A stretch of DNA of 64,000 nucleotides from Candidatus Oxydemutator sp. GTDB taxonomy: Bacteria; Pseudomonadota; Gammaproteobacteria; Poriferisulfidales; Oxydemutatoraceae. How positions within the stretch are numbered: position 1 is the first letter of the stretch; each line of letters opens with the position of its first letter. The stretch lies in contig OZ241883.1 of assembly GCA_965203445.1 (NCBI GenBank), forward strand, positions 2,314,815 to 2,378,814, in the 5' to 3' direction. This document shows, in pieces, positions 61,633 to 64,000 of the stretch. A program made the translations under genes and the position numbers. The notes beneath the pieces are model-generated. The model made no database searches. It saw nothing but the letters and a program-made list of their open reading frames with translations, and was not told where the DNA came from.

Positions 61633-64000
61633 CAGCCGCGCAAACGCCCGCGCACCCATTCCGGCACCGACGCCAGCGCCGCGTCCAACGCGGCCGGATC
61701 GCCGCCGCCGGCCTCGGCCATGTCGGCGCGCCCACCGCCCTTGCCGCCGACCTGGCCGGCGACGGCGTTGACGAGCGTCCCGGCCTTGATGCGCGCGGTC
61801 GCGTCCTTGGTTACGCCGGCGACCAGTCTGACGCGCCCGTCCTCGACCGCGCCTAATACAATCGCGGCGCTGCCGAGGCGCTCCTTGAGTCTATCCATCT
61901 GCGTGCGCATCGCCTTCGGGTTGGCGTTTTCGACGCGCGCCGCGAGCACTCTCAGGCCCTCGACCTCGACCGCCTTGGCCGCGAGCGCGTCGCCGTCGCC
62001 ACCGTCGGCGCGCGCGTAGCCGGCCTCGATCTCCTTTTGCAGACGGCGGTTGGCGCGCACCAGTTCGGCGGCCTTTGCCGGCAACTCCGGCGCGCGCGCC
62101 TTCAACACGGCGCACAGTTCGGCGATACACGCTTCGCGCGCCTCGACGTAGTCGAGCGCACCGGCGCCGGTCAACGCCTCGACGCGGCGCACGCCGGAGG
62201 CGACGCCGGACTCGTGGATGATCTTGAACAGGCCGACGTCGCCGGTGCGCGTAACGTGCGTGCCGCCGCACAACTCGACCGAGAAATCACCGATGCGCAG
62301 CACGCGCACCGTATCGGCGTACTTCTCGCCGAACAGCGCGACGGCGCCTTGGGCAAGCGCCTCGCCCTTGCCCATCCATTCGATCTCGGCGGCGATATTG
62401 GCGCGGATCTTCTCGTTGACCAGGCGCTCGACGCGGCGCAGTTCGTCGGCGCCGAGCGGCGCACCGTGCGCGAAATCGAAGCGCAGTCTGTCCGCCGCCA
62501 CCAGCGAACCCTTCTGCTCGACGTGCGCGCCCAACACTTGCTTCAGCGCCGCGTGCAGCAGATGGGTGGCCGAATGGTTGCGCACGACCGCGGCGCGGCG
62601 CGCGGCGTCCACTTGCGCGCGCACCGCGTCGCCGGCGCGGCAATGGCCTTCGGCGACGATGCCGACGTGCTTGTGCACCGGATTGTGCAAGGAACCGCTC
62701 TTTTGCACGTCGCGCACCTGGAATACGCCGTGCTCGCCCGCGATCTCGCCGCGGTCGCCGACCTGCCCGCCGGACTCGGCGTAAAACGGCGTGTTGTCGA
62801 GCACGACGACGCCCTCCTCGCCCTTGTGCAGCGCCGCGACGCGCTCGCCGCCGCGAAACAGCGCGACGATACGCCCGTCGTCGCGCAGCGTGTCGTAGCC
62901 GCTGAACGAATGCTCGAGGTCGTCCATCGGCGGCACATCGTCCGCCGCAAGGTCGAAACGGCTGGCCTTCCTGGCGCGCTCCTTCTGGCGGCGCATCAAG
63001 CGCTCGAAGCCGTCGTAATCCACCTCCAGATTTTTCTCGCGCGCGACGTCGGCGGTCAGATCCAGCGGAAAACCGTAGGTGTCGTACAGTTTGAACGCCA
63101 GCTCGCCGGGCAGCACGCGCTGCGACAAGCCGGCAAGATTTTCTTCCAACACGGCGAGGCCCTGCCCCAGGGTCTCGCCGAAACGCTCTTCCTCGTCGCG
63201 CAGCACGCCGGCGACGCGCGCGCGCGCGCGCGCAAGTTCCGGATAGGCCACGCCCATCTCCGCCGCCAGCGGTTCCACCAGGCGATGGAAGAACGGCTCC
63301 TCGATGCCGAGCTTGCGCCCGTGGCGCAGCGCGCGACGAATGATGCGGCGCAGCACGTAGCCGCGCCCCTCGTTCGACGGCAACACGCCGTCGGCGATCA
63401 GAAAGCCGCACGATCGGATATGGTCGGCTATCACTTTGAGCGATGCCTTAAGCGGCGCCGACGCCGCCGCGGTACCGTCGCCGGCGAGCGCCGCCGCCGA
63501 TTGCATCAGCCTGCGAAACAAATCGGTGCGGTAGTTGTCGCTCGTCCCCTGCAATATCGCGGCCAGACGCTCGAGGCCCATGCCGGTGTCCACCGACGGC
63601 CTGGGCAGCGGCTGCAATTCGCCGTCGGCGCCGCGTTCGTACTGCATGAACACCAGGTTCCACAACTCGACGTAGCGGTCGCCGTCGGCGTCGCCGCCGC
63701 CCGGCGGCCCGCCCGCGACGCGCGCGCCGTGGTCGTAGAAGATCTCGGTGCACGGGCCGCACGGGCCGACGTCGCCCATCGTCCAGAAATTGTCGGCGCC
63801 GGCGATTCTCGAAAAGCGCGCCTCGTCCACGCCGATTTTTTTCAGCCACACGTGCGCGGCCTCGTCGTCGTCCTCGTACACCGTGATCCACAGTCTCTCC
63901 GGCGCCAGCGCCGCCACTTCGGTCACGTATTCCCAGGCGTAGGTGATCGCCTCCTCCTTGAAGTAATCGCCGAAGCTGAAGTTGCCCAGCATCTCGAAGA
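61632..64000 (-). CDS. alaS: Alanine--tRNA ligase, 5' end outside window
   Basis: [48 protein letters not shown]. Confidence 0.98.
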   Translation of the reverse strand, partial: FEMLGNFSFGDYFKEEAITYAWEYVTEVAALAPERLWITVYEDDDEAAHVWLKKIGVDEARFSRIAGADNFWTMGDVGPCGPCTEIFYDHGARVAGGPPGGGDADGDRYVELWNLVFMQYERGADGELQPLPRPSVDTGMGLERLAAILQGTSDNYRTDLFRRLMQSAAALAGDGTAAASAPLKASLKVIADHIRSCGFLIADGVLPSNEGRGYVLRRIIRRALRHGRKLGIEEPFFHRLVEPLAAEMGVAYPELARARARVAGVLRDEEERFGETLGQGLAVLEENLAGLSQRVLPGELAFKLYDTYGFPLDLTADVAREKNLEVDYDGFERLMRRQKERARKASRFDLAADDVPPMDDLEHSFSGYDTLRDDGRIVALFRGGERVAALHKGEEGVVVLDNTPFYAESGGQVGDRGEIAGEHGVFQVRDVQKSGSLHNPVHKHVGIVAEGHCRAGDAVRAQVDAARRAAVVRNHSATHLLHAALKQVLGAHVEQKGSLVAADRLRFDFAHGAPLGADELRRVERLVNEKIRANIAAEIEWMGKGEALAQGAVALFGEKYADTVRVLRIGDFSVELCGGTHVTRTGDVGLFKIIHESGVASGVRRVEALTGAGALDYVEAREACIAELCAVLKARAPELPAKAAELVRANRRLQKEIEAGYARADGGDGDALAAKAVEVEGLRVLAARVENANPKAMRTQMDRLKERLGSAAIVLGAVEDGRVRLVAGVTKDATARIKAGTLVNAVAGQVGGKGGGRADMAEAGGGDPAALDAALASVPEWVRGRLRG

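Overview
High-GC gammaproteobacterial chromosome segment in which all convincing genes lie on the minus strand. The housekeeping flanks are alaS-trpF-trpB-trpA-(small ORFan)-accD-folC-dedD-cvpA-rpsP-rimM-trmD-rplS-tRNA-Gly-moaA on the right and leuA-udg-rimI-cysG-mraZ-rsmH on the left. They enclose a ~46 kb locus (5.5-51.1 kb) of four tandem paralogous secreted proteins, including a ~10,760-aa giant. All four are built from a ~480-aa unit: a Cys-containing GLUG-type beta-helix module with hypervariable loops plus a Calx-beta domain. All end in a shared ~250-aa C-terminal domain with VDWxLLELR and HRNHL motifs and a dockerin-like tail. The giant carries 21 modules of about 11 types in a shuffled order, with sub-module mosaics, and one module is shared with a small paralog. 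Two paralogs have poly-C tracts (C13, C19) that put an upstream ATG out of frame, behind a duplicated upstream region with 9-bp direct repeats. The locus looks like a recombination-diversified, phase-variable adhesin repertoire with an unidentified anchoring route (inference). Also present: a 140-bp MITE inserted in frame into one paralog, an internally deleted IS5-family element and a solo end of it, a probable leaderless Leu-rich leuA leader peptide, and several TATAAT-N7-9-ATG starts. All calls come from reading the sequence; no searches were run.
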